Shown here: one piece after another, positions 1-14,600 of the stretch
Numbering within the stretch: position 1 is the first letter of the stretch
Layout of the letters: the number at the start of each line of letters is the position of its first letter
Origin: Octopus bimaculoides
Lineage: Eukaryota
Direction of reading: 5' to 3'
DNA: 55,692 nucleotides
NCBI RefSeq assembly: GCF_001194135.2
Contig: NC_069001.1
Span: 38,846,536 to 38,902,227, forward strand
Translations under genes and position numbers: made by a program
The notes under the pieces: generated by a model
Told to the model about the DNA's origin: nothing
Database searches by the model: none
Seen by the model: the letters and a program-made list of their open reading frames with translations, nothing else

Positions 1-336
1 CACCATTTTGAGCGTGGCCGTTGCCAGTACCGCCTGACTGGCTCCTGTAGGATTTTCGAGCGAGATCGTTGCCAGTGCCCCAGGACTGGCTTGTGCGGGT
101 GGCACATAAAAGACACCATTTCGAGCGTGGCCGTTTTCGTGCGGGTGACACGTAAAAGCACCCACTACACTCTCTGAGTGGTTGGCGTTAGGAAGGGCAT
201 CCAGCTGTAGAAACTCTGCCAAATCAGACTGGAGCCTGGTGTTGCCATCCGGTTTCACCAGTCCTCAGTCAAATCGTCCAACCCATGCTAGCATGGAAAG
301 CGGACGTTAAACGATGATGATGATGATGATGATGAT
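1..336 (+). mobile_element. Retroposon 3' end (family D; LINE-like tail ending in (GAT)n)
   Basis: ...ggaagggcatccagctgtagaaac...acccatgctagcatggaaagcggacgttaaacgatgatgat; the same motifs recur at about 1580-1875 (-), 8005-8290 (-), 14480-14790 (+) and 22125-22170 (+). Confidence 0.7.
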
Positions 337-725
337 ATATATACATATATATATGTAGATAGATAGATAGATAGATAGATAGATACACACAGCCATTAAT
401 TTAGGCATGTTTCTTCATTCTTTTTTTCTCTCCTTGTTTCTTTCTGTGTTCCTTTCTGTGGAAGAGCGTAGGCTCGAAATGTTAAAGACTTTCTCTATTC
501 CCGAGCGTTAAACTAATACACCTGTTTGTTGTCTACACCACCTGTCTTTTTCTTTTGTTTTTTTTTGTGAATTCTCCCTATATATAGTCATACATAGTTA
601 AACTTTGTGTATGTGGTTTCCTATGTACATGTGTGTGTGTGTATTTGTGTACCTGTATATTTACCTATGTACATTTTCCTGTGTGTGATGTATCACCCTG
701 TAGCTCATATGTTCGTTAATTGCAG

Positions 726-869
726 GTGATGGGTTGCTGTAACAAGGTGACCAACAGTCTGTTAGTACGGCCAGCCATCAAGATCCCGTTCATGGCAGTT
801 TGTGAGTTCCACCGACAGTCTCTCAAACAACACCAGTGTTGTCCTGGCTGTGGACATTTCTGTATGCAG
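726..869 (+). CDS. EHMT1: EHMT exon, Cys-rich region ([48 protein letters not shown]), phase 0-0
   Basis: ttgcag|GTG ... CAG|gtaagc; matches the EHMT1 [22 protein letters not shown] motif. Confidence 0.93.
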
Positions 870-3122
870 GTAAGCTCTCCGCCTTATTTCACAATCTACA
901 GGGTAGACTGAGCTGCTAAACATAGCAGCCAAATCACCTCTTCCCCACCCTTATTCTCTTAAAACTAATGAAAGGAACACCAATCAAGGCATGGGTTGCC
1001 TTCTAGCAGCGGGGGCTTTTGGAGAGATTGCTTATTATTATTATTATGAATGGGACCCACAGTATTTAAGTGATAACTTCACAGACAAGATTTATTTCTG
1101 TACAGATGCTGACACATCAACACCCAACAATACCATTAACAACAACAACAACAACAACAACAACAAAAGTTTTAATAACAACAAACCAACAGCATAATCA
1201 TCATCATCACCAACAACAACAACATTAATGCCAACAATAACAACACTCTTAACACGATTGTTTTCCTTTCGCTCAGGGACGCTTCTACCAGTGTCGGAAA
1301 CAAGGTGGCTCTACTATTCACAATTTCCACAAACAGTGTCAGCTGTTCCTTGACAACAAATCTTACTGTCCCCATTGTGGAGAAGAGTCGTCACAGTATG
1401 AAGTGATGTTAACTCTTAACGAACCGAGAATCATTAGTACGATAGAAGAGAAAACAGTTACTCAGCTGGAGCCATCGTTACCAAAGTAAGTATTAGATTC
1501 TTCTTCTTCTTGTTTCAACATCATTGCCTGCTTCGTACCCACACACATGCACACATTCATGTGTGTGTGTGTGTGTGTGCATCATCATCATTTGACATCT
1601 GTTTTCCAGGCTGGCATGGGTTGGACAGTTTGACCAGAGCTGGGGAGCTGCACCATATTCTAGTCTGATTTGGCTTGGTCCCTACAGCTGGATGCTCTCC
1701 CTAATGCCAGCCACTTTGCAGTGTGTGCTTTTAACGTGGCACTTCACGAGTGCTGTTATTCGACACCAGCATAAGTGTTTTTTTATGTGGCACCAGCACA
1801 ACTCTTGCAGTCCAATCCTCTGCACCAGGGGGAGTGGCTTTAACACCTCTTCTGTGGAGGATGGGTCTTCTTGAGACAGACACACACACACATACACACA
1901 AAATCCATGTTATGTTTTCATTGCTATATGTGTGGAGTTTATGCTGATGTGATATCTCAATGTGTGTGATAAATGATATGATATAAATATTGATTTGTCA
2001 GTTTTGTCATCACCATACTTCTCATTACATGTCAGTATCTAGATTAATATCCATTCCATACTGCTGCTGTATAATCACACTTTCATTGCTATACCTGTGG
2101 TTATATTTTCTCCCCTTCACAGATCAAGGGCGAAATTGTCAATTCATTTAAAAACTTACAAAGCTCAAGAGAAGAAGTCTTGTAAGTTAGCAAGTGTGGA
2201 GGAAGGAGAAAAGAAGGTTACATTTGAACCGTCAGCATCTTCATCACCAACTGTATTCACCTCAGGTAATCTTTACAGCCAAACATCATCCATTTGTGTT
2301 TCATTTGATTTTGAAAAAGAAAAACATTAAAAAAAAATCAAAGTTTTGAAGGGGTTTTAGTAAAATACCCAGTTTTTATTCACTAGTAACCTGATTGGTT
2401 GTCTATTTTTAGTATTTTTATCTTCTTTTTCTTCATGTGTTGTTCATTACCCCTTAAATGGGAATCCAGTAGGGATTGTATTTAGACTATTTCTGCTATA
2501 CCAGGAACACAGCACGAGAGGGTTAAGCGGTTGTTCTGTTATGTTACATTATCTTCCTTATATTTCATTGCAGTGCCCTGCATCACTAATTATCTCCGTA
2601 TAGAATTTCTATACCACCAAATATCTCCCTCTCCTATCATATATTACTTTATATTGAGGTGATGATATCTATTCAATATCTCACGTACTTTATTCAATTG
2701 TTTTCAGCTGGAATTCCCAAAGGCAAAGACAGAGAAATTTTAGAAAAATGTTTTTCTATTTTGGAACAAGAAAGGTGAGGTTTTGCTGTCGTTACTTTGC
2801 TTCACTAAGGGGCCTGTCCCTTGTAAAGACCCTCCTACCCAACTACTGGCATTATTTAATGGTCCTTAGGTATCTTTAACTGAATTCTCCCTGATTTTTG
2901 CAAGAATACGAGCCCTAGGGTAGGTGGGGAAGTGCATGCTAGGGGACGAGGGGATTACTATGAGAGGGGAGGCAGAGCAGATTCCTGTAGAGGGAACTCA
3001 CACACACACACACAAATTAAATGAAGTTGAAAATGCATAGAGGGTGTACATATATAATTGTTTGATTTTATTATGGCTTCATATTTATTAATACCTCACC
3101 ATGTGATATAAAATATCCATGG

Positions 3123-3153
<31 letters not shown>

Positions 3154-5180
3154 ATTGTCTTAAACCTGCCTCTCTAATCCTTCCAATGTTCTCTTTTACC
3201 GTTTCAGACCTAAAAAGTACCGAACTTTACCGAAATCTTTGTATAATCCATGTAAAGAAGGTGATCTAGCCAAAGTTATTTATATGTTAGGTAAGTGTAC
3301 TTGTGTGCCTTTGGGGGTTTGGCTGGTCAAGGGCTACGTGTGTGGGGGGTGAGGGTGATTGTAGTGATGGTGTGAGAGGGGGAGGGAGGGTGGATAAGAT
3401 TCAGTGTTTGGAGTAAAGTTATTGATTTTCTTTTATATCCCAATTGATGCACCCAGATTATCATAAAAGACGTTTGTCCAGGGTGCCATGCAGTGAGATC
3501 AAACCCACACCCTTTGTGCTTACAAAGCAAGGTGTTCTCCACTCGGCCATAACTGATGTGAATGAAATATTGTTTTATCATATTGCTTTGATGTTAAACG
3601 AGGATGTAATTGTTGTGGTTTTGTTTGTTTTGTGTAGTTGATGGAGCTGATCCCAACAAGAGAGATCCAGACAATGATGACCAGACAGCTGTCCATGCTG
3701 CAGCAATTAATGGTCATCTTGCTATCATACATGTGCTCATTCAAGTAAGAACATGTTTATTGTTGTTGTTGTTGTTGCTATTAAGGCAGCGAGCTGGCAG
3801 AATCGTTAGCACACCAGGCGAAATGCTTAGCAGTATTTTGTCTGCCGCTACGTTCTGAGTTCAAATTCCACCAAAGTCAACTTTGCCTTTCATCCTTTTG
3901 GGGTTGATAAATTAAGTACCAGTTATGCACTGGGGTTGATGTAACCAACTAACCCCCTCCTCCCAGATTTTGAGGCCTTGTGCCTTTAGTAGAAAGGATT
4001 ATTATTATTATTATATTTTAAGGTATCAAGCTGGCAGAATCATTAGCATGCCAGACAGATTAAATGTTTAACGACATTAGTTCAAATTCAACCAAGGTCA
4101 CCTNNNNNNNNNNNNNNNNNNNNNNNNNNNNNNNNNNNNNNNNNNNNNNNNNNNNNNNNNNNNNNNNNNNNNNNNNNNNNNNNNNNNNNNNNNNNNNNNN
4201 NNNNNNNNNNNNNNNNNNNNNNNNNNNNNNNNNNNNNNNNNNNNNNNNNNNNNNNNNNNNNNNNNNNNNNNNNNNNNNNNNNNNNNNNNNNNNNNNNNNN
4301 NNNNNNNNNNNNNNNNNNNNNNNNNNNNNNNNNNNNNNNNNNNNNNNNNNNNNNNNNNNNNNNNNNNNNNNNNNNNNNNNNNNNNNNNNNNNNNNNNNNN
4401 NNNNNNNNNNNNNNNNNNNNNNNNNNNNNNNNNNNNNNNNNNNNNNNNNNNNNNNNNNNNNNNNNNNNNNNNNNNNNNNNNNNNNNNNNNNNNNNNNNNN
4501 NNNNNNNNNNNNNNNNNNNNNNNNNNNNNNNNNNNNNNNNNNNNNNNNNNNNNNNNNNNNNNNNNNNNNNNNNNNNNNNNNNNNNNNNNNNNNNNNNNNN
4601 NNNNNNNNNNNNNNNNNNNNNNNNNNNNNNNNNNNNNNNNNNNNNNNNNNNNNNNNNNNNNNNNNNNNNNNNNNNNNNNNNNNNNNNNNNNNNNNNNNNN
4701 NNNNNNNNNNNNNNNNNNNNNNNNNNNNNNNNNNNNNNNNNNNNNNNNNNNNNNNNNNNNNNNNNNNNNNNNNNNNNNNNNNNNNNNNNNNNNNNNNNNN
4801 NNNNNNNNNNNNNNNNNNNNNNNNNNNNNNNNNNNNNNNNNNNNNNNNNNNNNNNNNNNNNNNNNNNNNNNNNNNNNNNNNNNNNNNNNNNNNNNNNNNN
4901 NNNNNNNNNNNNNNNNNNNNNNNNNNNNNNNNNNNNNNNNNNNNNNNNNNNNNNNNNNNNNNNNNNNNNNNNNNNNNNNNNNNNNTTTCTATTTACCCCA
5001 TCCATGTGTTTCCATCCCTGTAACTTAGCAGTACAAGGCTTACAAAGAATATGTCCTGGGGTCGATTTGTTCGACTAAAACCCTTCAAGGCAGTGCTCCA
5101 GCATGGCCACAGTCAAATGACTGAAACAAGTAAAAGAGTAAAAGAATATATATGCATATGTATATACATTTATATATGTT

Positions 5181-5237
<57 letters not shown>

Positions 5238-8011
5238 ATATGTATATACATAGACGCACACACACACACATACACTCCTATGTTTCTATATTGTTGTTCC
5301 ATTTGGTGTGTTTCTTGTTGCAGGGTGAAGATGGTATGACTTGTCTGCACATGGCTGCCAAAGGAGGCTACATTGATCTCATGGAGTTTCTCTTGTCTAC
5401 GCGGAAAGCCGACGTCAATGTCCAGGTAAGTGGACTCACTCTTGGAGTGACTGGATTCTCAACTATAATAAGGGACAGAGTGAGGGGGGTGAAAGAAGGA
5501 AGGGTGGGAGGGGAATAGTATCCCCTGATCATGGGGGAGGTATTAGTGTCCCTACAAGTGGAAGAAGAGGAAGAGGAGAGGAATGAGTGCCTCTACTTGT
5601 GTAGAAAGAGAAGGAGGAAGAGGAGTGTTAGTGGCCCCTGTTTCTTGCAAATGCTCCTTCCAGGCTGTTATGGTTGCAGTCCTAGATGTTGTGATGTTCA
5701 AGTTGTATCAACCCTTTTCCCTCATCTCTTTCACTCCCTAAATAAACCACTCAGACTCCCTAATCTGCTGAAATCCCTCAATGGTTTGAAAACAGGAGAC
5801 CCTTTCTAGAACTCAACCATATCAGTTGTTCCGGTGTATCTACTTACTGTCCCCTACAAACTGGTTTGGTTATCACTTGTGGGGTTGGGCTCAGAAGGTA
5901 AACAGGGAAGGGAATTTCATTTAGTACTTTTTGTGAAAATTAATTACATTATTTCACGTGATACGAGGGCAATTTGGCTCCTATTTCTAGCATTTCAAAC
6001 CCCTTTCTTTTACAGTAATGTTGACTTCTTGACCAAAATACAAGTTATGATTTTCAGCTGTAAACTTTCTGTCAAACCTCAACTTAATCAATCAATAATT
6101 AATTGTTTTTTCTTAATTAATTGTGTTTAAAGGATGATGGTGGTTGGACCCCAATTATTTGGGCAGCAGAGCACCGAAATGTTGAAAGTGCCAAGTTCCT
6201 TATTCAGCGTGGGGCTGATCCCACATTAAAGGATAATGTAAGTTTTTTAAAATGGCTTCTTTTGGGGGTTTTTGTGGGAATTGTTTAACTGTTTTCACAC
6301 TGTAGGAGGTCTTATCTACACCCTGTAGATAGATGCGTGTGTAGTATGTAACATAGAACTGTGTTATACACACTGGTAAATAAGTATGTATATAACAAAG
6401 AATAGTGTTATATACACTGGCAGGTGTGTATATATAACATTGTGCACACTGGTAGATGCATGTATGTAATATGAAATTAATTTATACAGATTAGTTGTGT
6501 GTATAAAAAAGAATTGTTATACACACTGGTAATTATGTGTGTATGACAAATCTATGTTGTACCCACTTGTAGATATGTATGTATAAAACGGATCTGTCAT
6601 ACACATTAGTGGAAGTGTGTATGTAACATATTGTTATATACTCTTGTGGATGTCTGTATATAACACAGAACTGTGATATACACATATATCATAAAACTGA
6701 TTTATACATGTATAGATGTTTGCACGTAGCATAGAACTGTTGTAGTTGTGTGTATATATACATTACAGTCTTTTATTATCAGCCTCTATGTATGTACACA
6801 GTTATTGACCCTCTGGGGGTCAGTACAGTTACAATAGAAGAATTTATTAAGAACACTTGTTTAGAAGATAGACAAAACAGTTACCATTACACCTTAATTG
6901 ATGATGATGATGATGATGATGATGACTGTTTTTTGTTTCCAGGAAGAGAACACGGGGCTACATTGGGCTGCGTTCTCAGGAAGTGTTGAGATTGCAGAAT
7001 TATTTTTGGATTACGGCTGTGAACTAGAATCTCCAAATGAACACGGAGATCGGCCCCTGTAAGTAGTATTTCCTAACCATCTTGTAGCCAGGTGGACACA
7101 ACCATCTGGCGTTTCTGTTACCTGTCCTCCCATTCCAATTAACCCCGTTCATCCTTCAACATACTCTCCTTTCCCAGTCCTTATTTCCTTTTTCCCAAAT
7201 TCTCTTGATTCTCACATATTACTACAATGGCAGTCTTGTGGAGGGTTTTACCCAATGCAATCGCTTCTGGCTTCTATTTTCAGATTCCATTCATCGAGTG
7301 AAGTCACAAGTCACTTTGATTACCAATTCTCTCTCTCAAGACTTTTCACTTTCTCTTTCTTCACTTCATCTTCCCTGTGATTTTCTTTGTTATCTCCCCT
7401 TGTACCAGTTTTTTTTCTTAATTCTCTTCGATTCCAATTGATGAACCACAATGTTTAGTGTTGTTGTTAGTTACAAGTTGTCTGAAGACCACTCACTGGG
7501 TCCTTGTATATCTGATGGAGTCAATGTAATCAACTTGCTTTGTGTCAAAATTATTATTATTATTATTATGTGTTTCCAGAGCGATGTTCCTGTTTTCACC
7601 TTAAACGTTTTCTTTATTCCTTGCAGACATATATCAGTTAGACAAGACAATTATGAATGTGTTGTGTAAGTAGAAACATTTTTCCTTCCTCTTTCTTAAT
7701 TATTCATCTTCCTCTGCTGCAATGTGTGGACCAACTTTAACTATGTGGGGGTCTTCTAGTGTGAGTGTCCTAAAGGGTGTCACTGGCAGAATGTGTACTT
7801 TGGTAAATAGGGGGCACACTGATGTGTGTATTGTTGCTGTGTGAAGCCCTCCATGATATGTTCTGAGCTGACAGACCCTAATTTGTAGTGTCTCTATGTT
7901 ATTGCAGGGTGGGAGCGACTTTTTTTTTAATTCCAAACTCTTAATTCTAGATAAAGAAATATGACACAAGAGAACCTGAAGAACTATCCTTTGGGTCAGG
8001 GTTATCATCAT

Positions 8012-8042
<31 letters not shown>

Positions 8043-8589
8043 AGCATAATTTAATGTCTGTTTTTGCCATGCTAGCATGGGTTTGCTAATTCATTATGAA
8101 TGGACAGGCCACAGGGCTGCCCTCTGTTTTGGCATGGTTTGCAGCTGGATACCCTTCCTAATACCAATCGCTTCTCTAAATGTACTGGGTGCTTTCTTTC
8201 AAGGCATCAGCTCTAGCAAGGTCACCAAGTACCCGTAAGACAAGGTAGGTCCCTCATCTGGATGGGTTAGGAAGTATTGGGGAACACTAAATCATGAGAG
8301 AGGGACAAGAGCAAGTGTTTTACTCCAGAGCTAAATGAAGATATGGCTTCTCCACCTGGAAAGAGTGACAGAGAGAGATGTGAGGTGAAGGTACAAAAAG
8401 GATTTGTTAATAAACAACAACAACATGGCTGTATTTCTTTCCCAGTAAGAAGTTGGCTGAAGTCAAAGCTGCTCCCCCACCCATATTTTGACCCAGGGTT
8501 AAATAAACCCTGAAATATTGCAACAGTGTTTTTTAAATAAATCTACCTTTTATATAAAACTGTGTAATATAATAATAATAATAATAATA

Positions 8590-8631
<42 letters not shown>

Positions 8632-11600
8632 TGATGATGATGCTAAATGATTGTTGTATTCCCAACAGGTTGTGTCTCTTACGTGGGGCTGACATTAGTG
8701 CTCGCAACAACATCAACCAATTACCATCAGACGTAAGTTACGTTATTATCTTTCATTCTTTCCTTCCTTCCTTTCTTCCTTCCTTCCTTCCTTCCTACTT
8801 CCACATTGCAACAAACTTAATACAGTAAACATTACAATAGAGAGACACCTCTTTGCATTTTAACCCTTTTGTTACCATATTTCTTTTGAAATACTCTGCC
8901 TTTTAACAATTAGAGAATTTAGTAAAATAGCTTTTGTCAGTAAAAAGACAATGTTTGGAACATAAATTGAGTTTTAACAAAAGAATTTGATTTAGATCAC
9001 TCTGAAGTAGGAAGTTGTATTACAGAACCACGGATGGTTTCAGGCTGGTTGGTATGAGAAGGGCTGAAATTAGCACTCACACACACACACATCCTGTATG
9101 TTTAATGAGTGTATAATTTGTTTTGCTGTGTAAATGGGAGTGGGGCTGGAAGAGGTGTCGCAGTTTGTGAGGAAGATTTCTCAGTAGTTTCATCTCATTA
9201 AGGACTCAACAAGTAACATTAAATAGTGTGTCCATGCTGTGACAATATATTGGTTACACAAGGACTATTTCATACATTTCTCATCTTAAATGCTTATGGC
9301 CCCTGCCCTCAACCCTTGGACTTTTGAGGTAATGGTTTTTTCAGTCCGTCCACCCTCTTCCTTCCTCACTGTAACAATGGTTTCCACAATTGATGATCTT
9401 TTACTCATGTTGTTGCTTGTAGTGTTGTCTGGACCAGAAAAGTAATGTGTGGATGGCACTGAACGTAAACAAGGAGCTGAGAGATTTGGCCTCAAAGAGA
9501 CTTGAAAGATCCGAAAAACTTGTCCACAGGTAAACTGGCATTTTTTATAATGTTTGATGCTGTTGTTGTTGTTATGTAGCAGGTCAGCCCTGATTCAGCA
9601 GATGTGTGTTCTAAGTGGTTCCATTCATGGCCATCTTATCTTTTATTCAGGCATTGTCTATCTAGGACTACATTATCTCTACAGGAGAGATGATTGTACT
9701 GTGTGTGTGTGTGTGCGTGTATGTGAATTTCTTTAACCAGAGATTTATGTATAAGTTGTGGTAATAATAATAATAACAATCCTTCCTACTATAGGCACGG
9801 GGCCTGAAATTATGTGGGACAGGGCTAGTCAATTACATAGACCCCAGTGCTCCACTGGTACTTACTTTATTGACCCCGAAAGGATGAGTGGCAAAGTTGA
9901 CCTTGGCAGAATTAGAACTCAAAATGTACAGACAGACAAAATGCTGCTTAGCATTTTGCCTGGCGTGCTAACGATTCTCCCAGCTTGCTGCCTAATAATG
10001 ATGATAATAATCGTAATAATGATAATGGTATTTATAGAGCAGGTGTTGTGTGATGAATTAAAAATATAAGGGGTGTTGATAACAGGTAGAGTACCCTCCC
10101 TCACTAATCACCTTCTATTATTGTGTTTAATTAGTCTATTGTAATTAAAAATTTTATTATTGTTTTTAATTAGTCTGTTGTAATTGACGATGTGTTTTTG
10201 TTACTGACTTTACAGAGATATCTCGTTTGGCCGTGAAAACTTCCCTATTAACAGTATCAATGCCATCGATGATGAAGGACCACCCCTAGATTTCCAATAT
10301 GTCACCCAGAGTGTCGAAACCACTCCTCTCAATATCAACAGGGTAATTTCTAGCTTGCAGGTGAGTATCCCTCATCCTCCTCTCTTTCTCTCTCTGACAA
10401 CAACGATTGTTAACTGAGACAGTCTTTATATATTCACTGTACAATACTGCAGATGTGTGTGTGTGTGTGTGTATATATAAAGAAGAAAAGGAAATACTTC
10501 CTCCAGTAGACAAATGTAAAGCGTTTGGTGTTAGGAATGGCATTGAGCCATAGAGATGATGCAGGGCAGTGCAACCCATGCCACCAGGACATTGAATGAT
10601 GATGATGATGATAATGGCACACTGATATGTACACACACACACACACACACATCAATCAATCTATTCCACTCCCACCCCTTTCTTTGTGTGTGTGTGTGTG
10701 TGTGCTATATTTAATTAAAATGTCAAGGTTGTCTCCCTTATCAAAGGTAATGAATTATTCTGCTCCACGCTACTTAGGATGTGACTAGTTTACAATTTAT
10801 ATAGTTTCACATATTCATACACACGTGTATGCCCACAAATAAATATGTATGTACATACACACACTGTGTAATATTAAACCACTCACATATTTATATTTTA
10901 ATGTATGTTTAAGGATCAGAATACATGTCTTTGGGTGCTACTAATAGTTTCATGTGTCTGAAAATCTAAACAAGTTCTTCAGGCGCAGACCAGTCTTTGT
11001 GCCGAGAAATTCTTAGTTCAGCACGAAAAGTAGTGTGCATGTGAAGCTATTAGTAGCACCCAAAGGCATGTACTGTGACCCTTAAACAGAAATATTTGAC
11101 TCTCACCAGATGGAGTACTTTCTTTGTTGAATTATACCATGAACCAATGCATTACATGTATATATATATATATATACATACATACATACACACACACACA
11201 CACGTTCTCACCTTCCCTTCTTAATGCAAGTAGCTATGTGACTTCTCGTTATAATAATGTGTGGTTGTTTCTTACACCTGTAGGTATATATCTACAAGTG
11301 GACACACACCTGTGATGTTTTGAAATAGTTTCCATGACAATAATTATTTGTTCAACACTGCACAATGTTGTTGTTGTTTGTTCGTTTCTGAAGATTTTCT
11401 GTTATTTCTTTCTTTCAGAGTTGCAACTGTCAGGACAGTTGTGCTTCTATGTTATGTGTGTGCAGCAGGAACAGCGTCCAATGCTGGTACGACCAGGTGA
11501 GAACATACCTTGCACTGATTACCTCTTGCTGCTTTCTATTAATGGCGCCAACCTAATTAGTCTGGTTTACTTGTCATTCATTTGTTTATCTTTTTGTTTC

Positions 11601-14600
11601 AATCCTTGGAATATGGCCATGCTGGGGCACTGCCTCGAAGGCTTTTTACTCAGATTGACTCTAATCTCATACTTATTGTATCAGTCGTCTGAAGCTGAAC
11701 TGCTAAACTATAGGGATGTAAACAAACCAACACTGGTTGTCAAGTTGTGGTGGGGAACAAATGCACACACACACATATATATACACGATGGGCTTCTACA
11801 CAGTTTTCGTCTACCAAATTCACTGAAAAAGCTTTGGTTGAGCTGGGATATCGTAGAAACATACTTGCCCAAGATGCTTGTGCAGTGGGATTGAACTCCC
11901 ACAACCATACAGCTGCATTTAGTACTCTGTATTATGTCAGTTTCACACTGAACGTCTCCCCATTTCTCGTATTTGTTAACCCCCCCCCCCCCAGCACCAG
12001 TTATCGTTCACTACCCCAATATGTTCAGATAAGGGGTACAGCTCTGTACCCTACGCACTTATTTTAGCAACATACCTCTCTACTGGGTGGTTGGCATATT
12101 ATTTACCCCTCCTTCTTCTTCCTACAAATACCTGATGCCTAGGGACCAACTTAATATGTACCCCTACCCATCCCACAAATCTACTGACCCCTTCATGTTT
12201 CCTCCATTTTCTGTTTCAGATGGGTCGCCTTGCCCAAGAATTCAACCAACTGGAGCCTCCCTATATTTTTGAGTGCAATAGAAATTGCCGCTGTTGGACC
12301 ACATGTAACAACCGGGTCGTGCAAAATGGCATTGTGTAAGTCACGGAACTCCTTTCATAATCACGTTTTGTAAACCAGAACTCCTTTGACAATGACTTTA
12401 TTTCAGCGCCCCACCCCTGAATCAACACCTGTCTATTCTCACCTGCCACACAGGTCTCTTTCTCTCTCAGTACCAGTAATATATGTTATATTATTTTCTT
12501 CCAGATGTCGTCTGCAACTATTCAAAACCAAAGGACGAGGTTGGGGTGTGAAGACCTTACGTGACATCCCTCAGGGTGTCTTCATTTGCGAGTGAGTTGA
12601 TCCTTCATTCTCATGGCTTGCAGCCTCTCCTTTCTCTCTCTATGTCCGTCTTTCGTCTCATGTTACCATAACACCATTGGTCAGACCTGTCTCCCAAGTC
12701 TGCCACATTCCCCCTCACCTTCTACTGTCCACAATCCACTGATCACCCTCTACTGCCCATTACAGTCCTCCACTCTTTCTGTTTCAGGTACATTGGAGAG
12801 TTGATCTCAGATTCAGAAGCTGATCGTAGAGAAGATGACTCTTATCTTTTTGATCTGGATAATAAGGTAACTTCATCACACACACACACACGTATGTTTA
12901 TATTTTGCTGGTTCTGTCTTGTAGTAGTGTTGCTGTGGTTGAGGTTGTGTCATGATTTGATCAACCACCATAGAAACCCAGTTGCTTCTTACTGTGGCTC
13001 AAAACTGTCCCCAGATCAAATGGATCAGTGACTAAACGCATTCCAGCCATGACCATTCTGTCTTTTTGTAGATATATGACTATATTGACCAAAGTATGGT
13101 GATAAGAGTATGCTGGGTTTAGCAGGATGAGTGAATGAATGTTCTTTGATTGAATTGAAGGTGGCTGGATCTTTTAGGTATAAGGCTCAAGTGTGCTGTG
13201 CCCTTTGGGCTGCTGGGAAGTGGTAAGGGTGGGTACCAGTGCGTCAGATGTTGGTAGGAATTTTAAGGATACGTTTTAAGCCAGTTTAATCAACCCCAGA
13301 CTAGTGACGACGCTTATCATTGTTTGCACGACTTTTTATTGCAGGATATTTCTGTTTAAATGCACGTATTTGTACTTCATGATGTCTTCTTGTGTATTTC
13401 AATTATAATTAGTGAAATCTTGTTTCTAATTAGTATTGTGATTAATTTACACTCCCTTACCGACTCCTTTCTCTCTCTGCAGGATGGTGAGACATATTGT
13501 ATCGATGCCCGTCGCTATGGTAACATCAGCCGTTTTATCAATCATCTATGTGAACCGAATGTGATCCCTGTTAAGGTATTTGTTGATCACCAAGACATGC
13601 GCTTTCCACGGATCTGTTTCTTTGCATCCCGAGACATCAAAGCCGGAGAAGAAATGGGGTAGGTACCAAGATTCACTCTTCTCTTTCTGACCATATTATA
13701 AATTTTCTTGAATAAGTTGCACTATTTTATAATACTTGCTTTAAACTGAAAAGACTGAGATTTGACTTATTAAACAGGACAAAACTAAAACTATGTAAGG
13801 CAAAATATTTTATACCAAAATTTAATATTAAATTAAGGGTGCAACTTATATACAAGTAAATACAGTGTGTGTGTGTGTATGTATATATACACACACATTC
13901 ATAAATACAGGTGATGCTAATGTTGCAATCTATGATTTAGACCATGCGTGTTGCCATCTTCAGAGACCAGTTAAAGCAGAGTTGTGTCAGTTATTAGTTT
14001 TTCATAAGTAAAGTGGGACAGTTTAACCTTTTAGCATTTAAACTGGCCATATCCAGACCAAATATTCTTTTATGTTCAAACTGTCAAAATCTGGCCTCTC
14101 ACACCTGCCCTACAATGTCATTCTAAAAACAAAACAATCACATCATTTAAATCTCGAAGCTATGAGATAATGTATGATGAATTCAAATCAATGTGAATTA
14201 ATAAGTATCAAAGTTGGTAATCTATTGAAGAAGTTACTGGAAGATATGGCAGTGTTGTAGAGAGCTACATCTCTATTCAAACAGAAATTTAGACGGTATC
14301 TGCAGGTATTTCTAATTGGTGTGGTTCGTTTCTGACTATTTTAGATGCAAAGTGAAACACCATCACGAGGATTGGTGCATCATGTCCCAACTTTCATACA
14401 GGAAACTTGTCTGAGTTATCTCCCTTCAGTATGTAGCTGATGTCGACTTTACTCCACTGGATCTCTGCAATAACAAGTGAGCGAGATGTTTGGAGATATG
14501 CTGTGCTTGAGAAGACCCAGCAAGTCAAGTGAGATCATAGCAGTGACTGATGCCAGTTTAAAAGTAACCGTTGGATAATATGCTGTGCTTGAGAAGACTT

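Noticed and set aside
4064-5023. Long ORFs full of X (also at 18.7, 25.9, 26.9, 33.2-34.3, 42.6-43.2, 50.6-52.0 and 54.0-54.7 kb)
   Set aside because: They are N-gaps translated without stops, not coding evidence.
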